Position numbers and translations under genes: made by a program. Of a stretch of 64,000 nt of DNA, positions 1 to 8,841 are shown piece after piece. This DNA is from Obrimoposthia wandeli. Its lineage: Eukaryota. The notes under the pieces were generated by a model. That model was not told where the DNA came from. It saw only the letters and a list, made by a program, of their open reading frames with translations, and did not search any database. The stretch lies in assembly GCA_977020255.1 (NCBI GenBank), contig CDROCS010001101.1, positions 1-64,000 of the forward strand. Direction: 5' to 3'. Within the stretch, counting starts at the first letter, position 1, and each line of letters begins with the position of its first letter.

Positions 1-41
1 TAACAATTCACTCGTATTTTAGGTTCTTTGGGATTTTTTAA

Positions 42-223
42 GGTTTTAAAGTCTTTGAAGCACTGCTGAAAGCAGCAGAACCGTTTTCATGGACTAGTGT
101 CAATAACTGTACGCGGATCGCGATTTATCGAAAATAGTCGATGTACCAGATATTGATACCCGTAACCTGACACCCAAACAGATATATGCGGGTTCATATT
201 TTGAAGAGGAAAGTTATGTATAA
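42..223 (+). pseudogene. Possible degenerate 3' end of a P2 gpA-like replication gene
   Basis: Frame 3 reads GFKVFEALLKAAEPFSWTSVNNCT, resembling the SVNNC motif near the C-terminus of P2-type gpA; flanked by in-frame stops at 39-41 and 135-137; a second frame runs to a TAA overlapping the next ATG. Confidence 0.3.
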
Positions 224-686
224 AGAATTAAAGTCTGTAGTGGAACGTGATGGGCAGGCGTTATCTTGCGCGTTTAATGAAAATGATGAAATGCTTATTT
301 GCTTATCCAAAGACGCTGTTCGTGATGAGTTTATTAAATCACTTATTAGATTCACGTTAGATGAGGCAATTTCAACAGGTGAAAATCAAATGTTCCTATT
401 TTCATCACCTGGTCATCGTGATTTATTCAAAAATAAAATGTTTGATCTCGCACGTTCACAAGGATGGGAATTCGATAAGTACGGTCTTTTACTAAATGGG
501 GCTTGTCTGAGTTTTGTGTTAAAGGATAGCCGGACATATGGTGGGTTTTATAGTCATATTTATGCGATTAATTGCTTTGACGATAAGCCGTCTATTGATC
601 TTTATAACTTGATGTCCAATTTGGCTATATATGTAGATCGTCGCGCCATATTTATCTCTATAGAATCAAATAGAAACCCATTTTAA
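216..686 (+). CDS. Truncated, degenerate paralogue of the large-terminase ATPase domain (156 aa)
   Basis: ATG 216 after GAGGA; AISTGENQMFL...FKN...NGACLSF...RTYGGFYSHIY aligns by eye with AILTGDNQVFL...FKN...NGASLTF...RTGQGFNGHLY of the terminase at 11904-13670. Confidence 0.75.
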   Translation: MYKELKSVVERDGQALSCAFNENDEMLICLSKDAVRDEFIKSLIRFTLDEAISTGENQMFLFSSPGHRDLFKNKMFDLARSQGWEFDKYGLLLNGACLSFVLKDSRTYGGFYSHIYAINCFDDKPSIDLYNLMSNLAIYVDRRAIFISIESNRNPF

Positions 687-811
687 TCGTTAAATTAGAA
701 AGCGATAACACTAATAATAATCCCTTAATAGGATGTCTTGAGTTCAACGAATAATGCAGGTAAGTTTAAATTTAGCGAACTTAATATTCATTTATAAATT
801 TAGGCTTACAT

Positions 812-1327
812 ATGATAGACGTGAAATTTTTAAAAACAGAAGCTTTGATATTACGCAATGCAATTAATGCGTGTGATAAAGATGAAACCACAATAATAAC
901 TAAAAGTTTTCCTATTCAAAATTGTGAATTAGCATCGTTATTGCTGGCTTTCCATTACAGACAACTATGGAAAAAAATAGAAATTACTTTTGTCTATGGT
1001 TCTTGTGAAAACAACGTTCGACATGTCTGGTTAGAGACTGGTGGTTATGTGATCGATATTACGGGTGACCAATATAATCTTATGGACGATGACGAATTAA
1101 ATGTTGAGGTGATTAAGCATAGGCCTTATCCAGAAGTCCATGTCGAGACAAAATCAAAAAGTTATTTTCATCAAATGTTTAATTGTTCAGCGCCATGGAT
1201 ATTAGGAGATGAATTTTCGAATTTGAAAAAACCGTCTGTAAGAAAGTTAGTGCAATCATATAACTTGTTACAAGATGATTTGGATATCAACAGGAGTAAA
1301 ATTAATTATGCTAATAACATGCCCTAA
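812..1327 (+). CDS. Hypothetical protein with a transglutaminase/papain-like Cys-His-Asp pattern
   Basis: 171-aa ORF; motifs FPxxNCELAS, HVWLE, IDITGDQ. Confidence 0.6.
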   Translation: MIDVKFLKTEALILRNAINACDKDETTIITKSFPIQNCELASLLLAFHYRQLWKKIEITFVYGSCENNVRHVWLETGGYVIDITGDQYNLMDDDELNVEVIKHRPYPEVHVETKSKSYFHQMFNCSAPWILGDEFSNLKKPSVRKLVQSYNLLQDDLDINRSKINYANNMP

Positions 1328-1631
1328 ATGTGGAACAAAAGCACGTATTGCCACATCACGTACAATTTCTGCTGAAACAAGGGAATTGTATTGCCAATGT
1401 TTGAACTTAAATTGTGGAAAAGTCATGGTCTCACACATTTGTTTCTCACATTTTGTTGAGCAAACAGGCCAAAAACCTAACCCAGAGTTGCAACCTGAAC
1501 TGTGTAAAGACCTCGACCAACTCGACATATTTGACGAAATAGAAAAAGCGCAAGAAAACGATCACAAAGGATCTCTGGATCGTTTACCTAGAACACCCGT
1601 AACTTCAACTTTAACAAATACTTGTGTCTAA
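1308..1631 (+). CDS. ogr: Ogr/Delta-like zinc-finger late transcription activator
   Basis: MLITCPKCG...LYCQCLNLNCG C4 zinc finger typical of P2 Ogr; likely start ATG 1308. Confidence 0.9.
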   Translation: MLITCPKCGTKARIATSRTISAETRELYCQCLNLNCGKVMVSHICFSHFVEQTGQKPNPELQPELCKDLDQLDIFDEIEKAQENDHKGSLDRLPRTPVTSTLTNTCV

Positions 1632-1640
1632 TAGAGTTGA

Positions 1641-1752
1641 ATAAATATTCAGCGGTTATTTTTCGTTTATTTGTAGTGCTGAATTTTGGTGTGGAGGGGA
1701 GGGTGAGTCCGAGCGGGCTCAAAATTCCTGTCTATGAGATAAATATTCAGCG
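1641..1752 (+). repeat. 14-bp direct repeat ATAAATATTCAGCG flanking the cos-like core
   Basis: Exact copies at 1641-1654 and 1739-1752. Confidence 0.85.
1688..1706 (+). other. Candidate cos site core
   Basis: GGTGTGGAGGGGAGGGTGA matches 11/19 positions of the P2 cohesive end GGCGAGGCGGGGAAAGCAC; lies just after ogr. Confidence 0.45.
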
Positions 1753-1801
1753 TTTTGCATAACCTCGCGAATATGTGTTTTTGGTTGAGAGAGTTTTATT
1801 C

Positions 1802-2998
1802 ATGTGGGAAAGACAATACGAACAAGGACGATGGAACGGCTTAGAGTTAAACATACTCAGCACATCGTTAGATGGTGGTAAACGTCTGCATGTGAGTGAA
1901 ATTCCTTATGCTGATTTACCCAGTATTAAAGTGATGGGTAGCTCTGCGAGTAAGTTTGATCTTGAAGTTGTGTTTGTAGGTTCAAGTTCACTGATTGACG
2001 CGAACAAATTATTAGCAAGTTTAAATGAAATACCGAAAGGGGAATTGGAACATCCTTGGCTGGGTGAGATACCACTGGTGTTTGAAAGCTACTCACAAAC
2101 AATAACGACAAAGCGTGGCCTGGTCACGTTATCACTTAAATTTATACGTGATGGTAAGACGCCTAAATTAATTTCATCTGTATCAACCAAGGTTAGCGCG
2201 CAGCAACAAGCAACAATCGTTGAGGGTGTTTCAACTAAAACGTTTGTGCAAGACGTAGCAGAAATGGATATTGCAGACGTGAATAGTCTGCAACAAAGCT
2301 TTACTCATGCGATCAATGAATTAGTGGGTATTGCGAATGAACTGAATGTACCAAGCCAAATGCTCTCAGCATTGAACCAAGAACTTAATAGCGCGTTCGT
2401 GGCCATTTCAAGTATTGCCAATGCTCCAGGACAATTTGCAGAGCAATTAAGTAAAACCATAGACAGCGTGGCTAATGCCGTTCGCTCTGAACCTGACTCA
2501 GAAAATGAAGCCGTTGATAATTCAAGAACAGCGCAAGCAACAATGCTGGCTGCAGTGAATATAGAAACACCAAGTGCTCATTACAATGTGCAAATGGTCA
2601 CCGCCGCTGTGAAAATGAGTAAAGATATTGCCACATTAGAGCAAGATGAAACCTTTAGTGTGATCAACGTAAAAGGTCAGCCATCAATCATCCTGAGTGA
2701 TTTACAACTTATTGTTACAGAAGTAAACGCACGTATTGATGAAGTGACAGACCAATCAACCCTTGAAAGCACTGAGTTGTTTAATTCATTAATCACCTTG
2801 AAAGAAGGTGTTGATGCGCAATATAGCAAAGTTAAACTCGGCGTTGAGCCACAACGTTTTATTGAACGTGGACGCTTTATACCTGCGCTTGCTTTGGCTC
2901 ATGAATTAAATAGTGAATCAACGTTGGTCATGGCCCTTAACCCGTCGAAGCATCCCTTATTTTTGGCCGGAACTATTGGACTGAGGGTGAGCGAATGA
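1802..2998 (+). CDS. Mu-like DNA circularisation protein (DNA_circ_N family)
   Basis: N-terminus MWERQYEQGRWNG...GGKRLHVSEIPYAD; followed by Mu-type baseplate genes. Confidence 0.8.
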   Translation: MWERQYEQGRWNGLELNILSTSLDGGKRLHVSEIPYADLPSIKVMGSSASKFDLEVVFVGSSSLIDANKLLASLNEIPKGELEHPWLGEIPLVFESYSQTITTKRGLVTLSLKFIRDGKTPKLISSVSTKVSAQQQATIVEGVSTKTFVQDVAEMDIADVNSLQQSFTHAINELVGIANELNVPSQMLSALNQELNSAFVAISSIANAPGQFAEQLSKTIDSVANAVRSEPDSENEAVDNSRTAQATMLAAVNIETPSAHYNVQMVTAAVKMSKDIATLEQDETFSVINVKGQPSIILSDLQLIVTEVNARIDEVTDQSTLESTELFNSLITLKEGVDAQYSKVKLGVEPQRFIERGRFIPALALAHELNSESTLVMALNPSKHPLFLAGTIGLRVSE

Positions 2999-3939
2999 AA
3001 ACGTTAACCCTACTTATAAACAAAAAACCAATAGCATTTTTCAATGCTGATTTGACGTTTTCAATTGAGCAGTTAGCGCATGAATTTAGCTGCAGCATTC
3101 CACCGATGACGATTGAAGCGCCGTTACCGATTGAGTTTTATCTTGATGGGAAACATATCTTCACTGGCAATATTGATACTGCATCAAGCTCAACGGCAAG
3201 CCATGAGCATTCTATGAGTATTAGTGGGCGTTCTAAAAGCGCCAATATGATTGATTCACGTATCACGATGGATGCTGAATACGGACAAAAATTAGATACT
3301 TTATTGCGGACTATTGCCAAAGACTTTGGTCTTGGAGTCGAGAGTCTTGTTGATCCCGCATTATTAAAGCCAATTGCGGAGTTTCAAATTAATGGTGAAT
3401 CACCGATTGATAACTTTGCACAATTAGTTAAAGAGCAAGGGCTTGTGCTTATTGAACGTAATGGTGTGTTAACGATTGAAAACCCTGCTCATGCAGTGAT
3501 CAATGGTGTGGTATTAGAAGTCGGGAATAATGTTGAAGCGTTATCAATTGATAGAAATTTCGCACAGCAGTTTTACCATATAGAGGTGCAAGGCCAGTGG
3601 GACGATGCAAAAGCTATCGTTACTTATGCACCGGCTAATACTCAAAGAAAAATAGTGTTCATTTCAGATCAATTACAAGATGCATCTGCCTGTCAATCTC
3701 GCGCCGAATATGAACGTGATCTTGCTATTGCTAAAGGTCTAACGGCTTCAACATCGATTGCCGATTTATTTATAGAGTTAACAGGAAGCGCTATTAATCG
3801 GATGATTCGAGTAATAGACAATAAGCAAAATTTCAATGAAATGTTGTTAGTGAAAGGTCTTTCGCTATCTGTTACCGAAAGTAGCGCGACCACGAAAGTT
3901 GATTTATTCAGACCATTTAAGGAAAACACGAATGTTTAA
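2995..3939 (+). CDS. Mu gp44-like baseplate hub protein
   Basis: 314 aa; GRSKSANMIDS motif; synteny. Confidence 0.75.
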   Translation: MKTLTLLINKKPIAFFNADLTFSIEQLAHEFSCSIPPMTIEAPLPIEFYLDGKHIFTGNIDTASSSTASHEHSMSISGRSKSANMIDSRITMDAEYGQKLDTLLRTIAKDFGLGVESLVDPALLKPIAEFQINGESPIDNFAQLVKEQGLVLIERNGVLTIENPAHAVINGVVLEVGNNVEALSIDRNFAQQFYHIEVQGQWDDAKAIVTYAPANTQRKIVFISDQLQDASACQSRAEYERDLAIAKGLTASTSIADLFIELTGSAINRMIRVIDNKQNFNEMLLVKGLSLSVTESSATTKVDLFRPFKENTNV

Positions 3940-4444
3940 CCGCTTGATGAGTCGTATTAAAAACATGGCCGCTATTGGCAGTGTTACTGGAGCCAAGACC
4001 AAGGTACTTCAAATTAAAACATCAACAGGCAAAACAAACGATCGCATTAAGCGCCTACATAATTATGGCTTTATGAGTCGGCCTAAAGTTGGTTCCCGTG
4101 CCTATCTGCTTTTTCTGGGTGGCGTAATGAGTCGCGGCTTTTCTTTTTGTGTCGAAGATGAACGTTATGAAATGGAACTGGAAGAAGGCGAAGTTGCCAT
4201 GATGGATGATAAAGGCAACCTGGTTCACTTCACCAAAAATGGTATTTCCATTACCTCACTTGGCAAGATTGAAGTAACTGCGAAAAAAGACGTCACGGTT
4301 AATACGGATGGAAACATTATTGCTAATGGTAAACAGATAAAACTAAATGACGGAACAGGCGCTATTACTTGTGAAAGCATTTGTCCTTTTATGGGGCAGC
4401 CGCATGTTGATGGTTCAGCCGTCGTACTTATAGGAAAGAAATAA
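3932..4444 (+). CDS. Baseplate spike (Mu gp45/gpV-like)
   Basis: LHNYGFMSRP...EEGEVAMMDDKG; C-terminal CPFMGQPH metal-binding tip; start ATG 3932. Confidence 0.8.
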   Translation: MFNRLMSRIKNMAAIGSVTGAKTKVLQIKTSTGKTNDRIKRLHNYGFMSRPKVGSRAYLLFLGGVMSRGFSFCVEDERYEMELEEGEVAMMDDKGNLVHFTKNGISITSLGKIEVTAKKDVTVNTDGNIIANGKQIKLNDGTGAITCESICPFMGQPHVDGSAVVLIGKK

Positions 4445-4641
4445 TGGCATTAAGTAAAGTATCGCTAAAAGCAAAAATTATAACTGAAATGAATGCGCAA
4501 GGCATGGTCACCGATGGGCCATTTGCCAAAGCGGGTAACCTAGCTGAAGCTATTGCGAATGCCGTTGTTGATGAAATTACCGCGAATGCCGCCGTCAGTA
4601 TTAAAACTGGCAGCTCCGCGGGAGAGTATAAAGTCTCATGA
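4444..4641 (+). CDS. Small phage baseplate-region protein
   Basis: 65-aa ORF translationally coupled between spike and gp46-like genes. Confidence 0.7.
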   Translation: MALSKVSLKAKIITEMNAQGMVTDGPFAKAGNLAEAIANAVVDEITANAAVSIKTGSSAGEYKVS

Positions 4642-5024
4642 GTCATTTTAATTTAACCGCATTGACAGCACCGATGAATACCAAAGACGGTTTAACTCAT
4701 GCGGTACTGCAAAGTGTGTTGAATCATGCTTTATCGACCGGGAATGACCGTGCCCGGATGGAAAATACTGAGCGTGGCGGTTGTTGGAGTGATGAATTTA
4801 TCAATGGTGTTGGTTCGCGTGATTGGACATTGAAACGTGAGAAATTAACAGGGCAAACAATGAAACGAGCAACACGATTTTATGAAGATGCGCTTGCCTG
4901 GCTAGTGAATGAAAAACACGTTCAAGCCGTCACTATTGATGTTTTCAAATCCTCCCCGACAACGCTAAGTCGTAAAGTGATATTAACCTTAAATAATGGC
5001 GTAGAACTGGAGATAACCCCGTGA
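4638..5024 (+). CDS. Mu gp46-like baseplate wedge protein
   Basis: RGGCWSD...GSRDWTLKREK...YEDALAWLV motif. Confidence 0.8.
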   Translation: MSHFNLTALTAPMNTKDGLTHAVLQSVLNHALSTGNDRARMENTERGGCWSDEFINGVGSRDWTLKREKLTGQTMKRATRFYEDALAWLVNEKHVQAVTIDVFKSSPTTLSRKVILTLNNGVELEITP

Positions 5025-6073
5025 GCACACAACGCAGTTTAAAAACATTAATTGATAGAGCAACATCAACACTCATTGCCAAAACAGGACAGCACAACCC
5101 TGCTATTGATGCCATTGCGTGTGCGATAGCGGGTGTCAGTTATGGTCAATATGGTTACCAGGACCAGTTATTTAGAGAGTTACACCCTGAAACCGCATCA
5201 GAGCCGTGGTTATACCTTCACGCTAAACGTCATAACGCGGAACGCCTACCGCCTACTTTTGCGCAAGGTTTTGTACAGTTCGAGCAATTAGGTGAAGCTG
5301 TTGACGTTATCCAGGGAACATTGATCGTTGATATTACAGGGCGTGAATATGAAACCCTTAATACACAACTGAGTGATGAAAAAATTGAAGTGTTCGCCTT
5401 GGTTGCGGGCGTGTCTGGTAATTTACCCAGTGGCGTAGTACTGACGTTATCAAAAGGTATTAGCGGTATTAATCCTGATAACGTGTTTTGCCTTGGATTT
5501 GATGGTGGCGCTGATATTGAAGAATTAGAACACTGGCGTCAACGTGTATGCACGGCGTTCAATCAGAGTGAAGAGGTTGGCAAGCGAGAAGATTATGTTA
5601 GTTGGGCGTTGTCGTCGCATGCCGATGTTGATTTTGCCTGGGCATTAGATAACACACCCCAGCTTGGCATGGTGGAAATTTTTATAGGCGCTCGGCAGAA
5701 TGATCCCATCTTGTCCCAAAGTGTGGTCGACACGGTGCAAGCGTACATTGAGACTGTGCGTTTAGCCGGTTGTCATGCAACCGTTACGTTACCCGTGCAA
5801 AAGCCGGTGGATATTGAGATCCAAAATGTACAAGATGAGTATATTCGCGCGGACATTGTTATTGCGTTAGAGGCACTCTTTAAACGCAAAATGGGTGAGC
5901 GTGATGAATCCGTTATACCGCCAAAACCCATGTCACTTTCTCCTACTGAAATTGTAATCGCGATAGCGCCTATCACCAGTAATTACATCGTAAAGCAGCC
6001 TGTTGAAGAACAATTTATCTCCAACAGTGAGGTTCATACAATAGGAGGCATCACGTGGACACCTCTGATCTAA
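5021..6073 (+). CDS. Baseplate J-like protein (Mu gp47)
   Basis: GGADIEELEHWRQR, G..EDYVSWA motifs. Confidence 0.85.
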   Translation: MSTQRSLKTLIDRATSTLIAKTGQHNPAIDAIACAIAGVSYGQYGYQDQLFRELHPETASEPWLYLHAKRHNAERLPPTFAQGFVQFEQLGEAVDVIQGTLIVDITGREYETLNTQLSDEKIEVFALVAGVSGNLPSGVVLTLSKGISGINPDNVFCLGFDGGADIEELEHWRQRVCTAFNQSEEVGKREDYVSWALSSHADVDFAWALDNTPQLGMVEIFIGARQNDPILSQSVVDTVQAYIETVRLAGCHATVTLPVQKPVDIEIQNVQDEYIRADIVIALEALFKRKMGERDESVIPPKPMSLSPTEIVIAIAPITSNYIVKQPVEEQFISNSEVHTIGGITWTPLI

Positions 6074-6612
6074 TCATTGATTACAGCGCCGCTGATTTTA
6101 CGTTGGCGCTGCGTCAATTATTACCTCAAGGTCATTATTGGCAAGATGCAGACAATATCGAATTGTCCGCACTTATTGCAGGTATGGGCGCCGATTTTAA
6201 AATGACCCACGATGAAATTCAGCTTGCATTACTCACTGAAGATGACAGCGATTTGTTCGGGTGGCGTTTAGCTGATTATCAAAAATTAATGGCTGAGTAT
6301 GCGATTGTTGGAAAAGTGAATGACAGTTCATCGACGCCCAATATTATTTCAATCTATTTAGACCCGAGTCAGCCTTATAAAAAAATGATGGCGGGGTTTG
6401 ACGCCGTTCGCTTGCCACACACGCAATTTCATTGGGTTTTAAATGCACTTGAAAGTGTTGATGATTTGGTGGTGAGAGTAGGTGGCTATCAAAAGCATAT
6501 TTATCATATGCGCATAGGCCCTAAACCGTCGCAAAATGTCGTTAATAGTTTTGCTAATACGGCCCCTTATGTCACGACATTTGAAACATACGAGATAACA
6601 ATCAATGAATAA
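6055..6612 (+). CDS. Mu gp48-like baseplate protein
   Basis: LRQLLPQGHYW...PHT motif; follows the J-like gene. Confidence 0.7.
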   Translation: MDTSDLIIDYSAADFTLALRQLLPQGHYWQDADNIELSALIAGMGADFKMTHDEIQLALLTEDDSDLFGWRLADYQKLMAEYAIVGKVNDSSSTPNIISIYLDPSQPYKKMMAGFDAVRLPHTQFHWVLNALESVDDLVVRVGGYQKHIYHMRIGPKPSQNVVNSFANTAPYVTTFETYEITINE

Positions 6613-7477
6613 TACAAACTCAAGTCAGCGCGGTGTGCTTACTGATATAGGTGAACAGAAAATCAATTCACACATAGCAGCAGGAACAAAATTAAGCATC
6701 ACCCATTTTGTGTTCGGTGACGGCAACGGTCAAGCAGTGAGTCCGAATAAATCAGGGTTATCGCTAACGAATGAAATAGGTCGGGAATCGATAACCGAAA
6801 CAACGCCGAACGTGCTTTCGGGCGGCATTTTTATGTCGTCTGATATGGCTGGTAAATATAATGGACAATGGATAAGAGAAGCTGGATTAGTCGATTCGGA
6901 CGGGGATTTAATCATCTGGTGTTCTTATTCGCCAACGCTTGTCGCGCTATTTACTTCTCGTACGATGATGATAAACATCCCTGTGTTGTCGAGTGATACG
7001 GTCTCTATCGCTATAGATACAAGTAAAAAATTTGTATCTATAGATGAATTCAATGCATTAAGGCATGAATTATTAGGCCTCATGCTCACTCAAGATTTTT
7101 CACATTATGCAGCGCAACTCGCCGATTTTGAAAATGACATTTATGCCACTTTACCGGGCAGTATCATGGCGATTATTCCTGCAGGTTTAATGCAGGGAAT
7201 ATGCGACGAGACTGATTATCCATTATTTACCCCGCGTGATGGTATTAATTACGTGCTGTCAATTCAAACATATTATAACGATGTTGGTTTTGAACAAACA
7301 ATCACAATCATCGAGCAATCAGATAATAAGCTCGATGTTAACTTAACATTTAAACGAAGCGGCCGAGATTTTTCCGATGCAGTTCAATGGGATTCAATGC
7401 TTGGATTGCCACCAAACAAAGATTTAATCGTTAATACGCTGCGTTTCAGAACAGACGTTTATGCCATCGACATGTAA
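6605..7477 (+). CDS. Tail fibre/collar protein 1 (P2 gpH-type N-terminal anchor)
   Basis: LTDIGEQKI...ITHFVFGDGNG...WIREAGLVDSDGDLI motif. Confidence 0.75.
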   Translation: MNNTNSSQRGVLTDIGEQKINSHIAAGTKLSITHFVFGDGNGQAVSPNKSGLSLTNEIGRESITETTPNVLSGGIFMSSDMAGKYNGQWIREAGLVDSDGDLIIWCSYSPTLVALFTSRTMMINIPVLSSDTVSIAIDTSKKFVSIDEFNALRHELLGLMLTQDFSHYAAQLADFENDIYATLPGSIMAIIPAGLMQGICDETDYPLFTPRDGINYVLSIQTYYNDVGFEQTITIIEQSDNKLDVNLTFKRSGRDFSDAVQWDSMLGLPPNKDLIVNTLRFRTDVYAIDM

Positions 7478-7486
7478 GGAAATCAT

Positions 7487-8521
7487 ATGCCATTAATATT
7501 CACCGGATTTGAAGAAATTAACCCGTCTGCATCTATTCCGTCACAAATACCAGAGCTTGAACTCGTCAACACCCCGTCAGTTTCAGTCGTTGCGGGGCGA
7601 AATAATGAAGGTCAGGCGTTGAGAACAACGAACGGAGCGTATATTCAATGTCGTTTACCGACGCTCTCGTCAAAACGAGCCGTTGAAATCGGTGCAGCGT
7701 TTAAATACACAAATGAAACAAGTAATAACGTATTGATACAAGTCTGTCATGCAACAGAACCGACATTGAGTACGGACCATGAGACGCAACCTACCGCACA
7801 CGTTGCCGTTGTTTACATCAAGGATGGATATCTATGTGTGGCTTATAATGGCAGTAACAAACCGCTTATAAAATTAACAGAAAATGAATACATATATGTT
7901 GAAATTAGATTTTACTTTTGCTTATATGCGACTGCATTTGCGATCCCTTCTGCCATTTTTGTAAACGGTTTAAATGTGTTGGACATGGGCTATATTGAAT
8001 CGAGTGAAAATATAGAGGATACCGTCGTATATTTTGCGGCCGCAGCAGGCAATATGCAGATTGATATTGATCATCTGTACATGTTTACCGATGACACGAG
8101 CATTAAAAAACAGCATGTGCCTATTCTGGCGTCGGGTAAAATATCCACCTTGGCATTGTCTGCAGTCAGTAATACATTTTCTGTCACTGAAACAAACTCA
8201 GATGTAGCGCTAGCGCTATCAGATAATAGCGATGACACATACATTAGTAGCGCGCTACCAGCTGACGCTGTACTTAGTGTCAATGATAGTAATATATCCA
8301 ATGTTTACGCACTTAAAATGGCAGCCAGAGGTAAATCGGAAACCACAGGCGTCACAGCATTATCTCTTGAAGACAGCAGCGGTGCAGATATATTGACAGA
8401 GAGTACGGTTGCATTTACGCGTAGTTTATCAAGCTACTCATTTCCTGCTGAGTTATCAAAAAACTCAGAAACAACGGCCGATAAAATCAATTCAGGTGCG
8501 TTGTTGAGGATTAAAACGTAA
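7487..8521 (+). CDS. Putative tail receptor-binding protein (beta-rich, possibly ConA/LamG-like)
   Basis: 344-aa ORF within the fibre cluster; beta-strand-like pattern; fold is inference. Confidence 0.5.
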   Translation: MPLIFTGFEEINPSASIPSQIPELELVNTPSVSVVAGRNNEGQALRTTNGAYIQCRLPTLSSKRAVEIGAAFKYTNETSNNVLIQVCHATEPTLSTDHETQPTAHVAVVYIKDGYLCVAYNGSNKPLIKLTENEYIYVEIRFYFCLYATAFAIPSAIFVNGLNVLDMGYIESSENIEDTVVYFAAAAGNMQIDIDHLYMFTDDTSIKKQHVPILASGKISTLALSAVSNTFSVTETNSDVALALSDNSDDTYISSALPADAVLSVNDSNISNVYALKMAARGKSETTGVTALSLEDSSGADILTESTVAFTRSLSSYSFPAELSKNSETTADKINSGALLRIKT

Positions 8522-8841
8522 TGACACATATTACAGCGGCTAACATCGATATGTTGAGTCGAGAAAGTGGTGCGCACATCAGTGAAGTAAACATTGATGT
8601 GTTGAATCGAGAAAGTGGTGCGCACATCGCGACAGTAAACGTTGATGCGTTGACCCGAGAAAGTGGTGCGCACATCGCAGCAGTAAATGTTGATGTGCTG
8701 CACATGCAATTATTACCGTCTGTGCGTATTGCTTCCATTTATTTCAAGACAGAAAATGTGTCATTACGCGAAATTTTTGATAAACAAAGTTCAACAAGTT
8801 TTATGGCATTAGTTAACCGTGAAAATGGAGTTGTAACATGA
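8521..8841 (+). CDS. Small tail-region protein with three 16-aa repeats
   Basis: D(M/V/A)L(S/N/T)RESGAHIxxVN(I/V) x3; coupled to both neighbours. Confidence 0.7.
   Translation: MTHITAANIDMLSRESGAHISEVNIDVLNRESGAHIATVNVDALTRESGAHIAAVNVDVLHMQLLPSVRIASIYFKTENVSLREIFDKQSSTSFMALVNRENGVVT
8548..8699 (+). repeat. 48-bp coding tandem repeat x3 with an invariant 21-bp core CGAGAAAGTGGTGCGCACATC
   Basis: Cores at 8560, 8608 and 8656. Confidence 0.9.

Noticed and set aside
8548-8699. CRISPR-like pattern: 21-bp identical cores with 27-bp spacers
   Set aside because: The period is 48 bp and in frame within an ORF, the spacers are similar to each other, and there are no cas genes or leader; it is a coding repeat.
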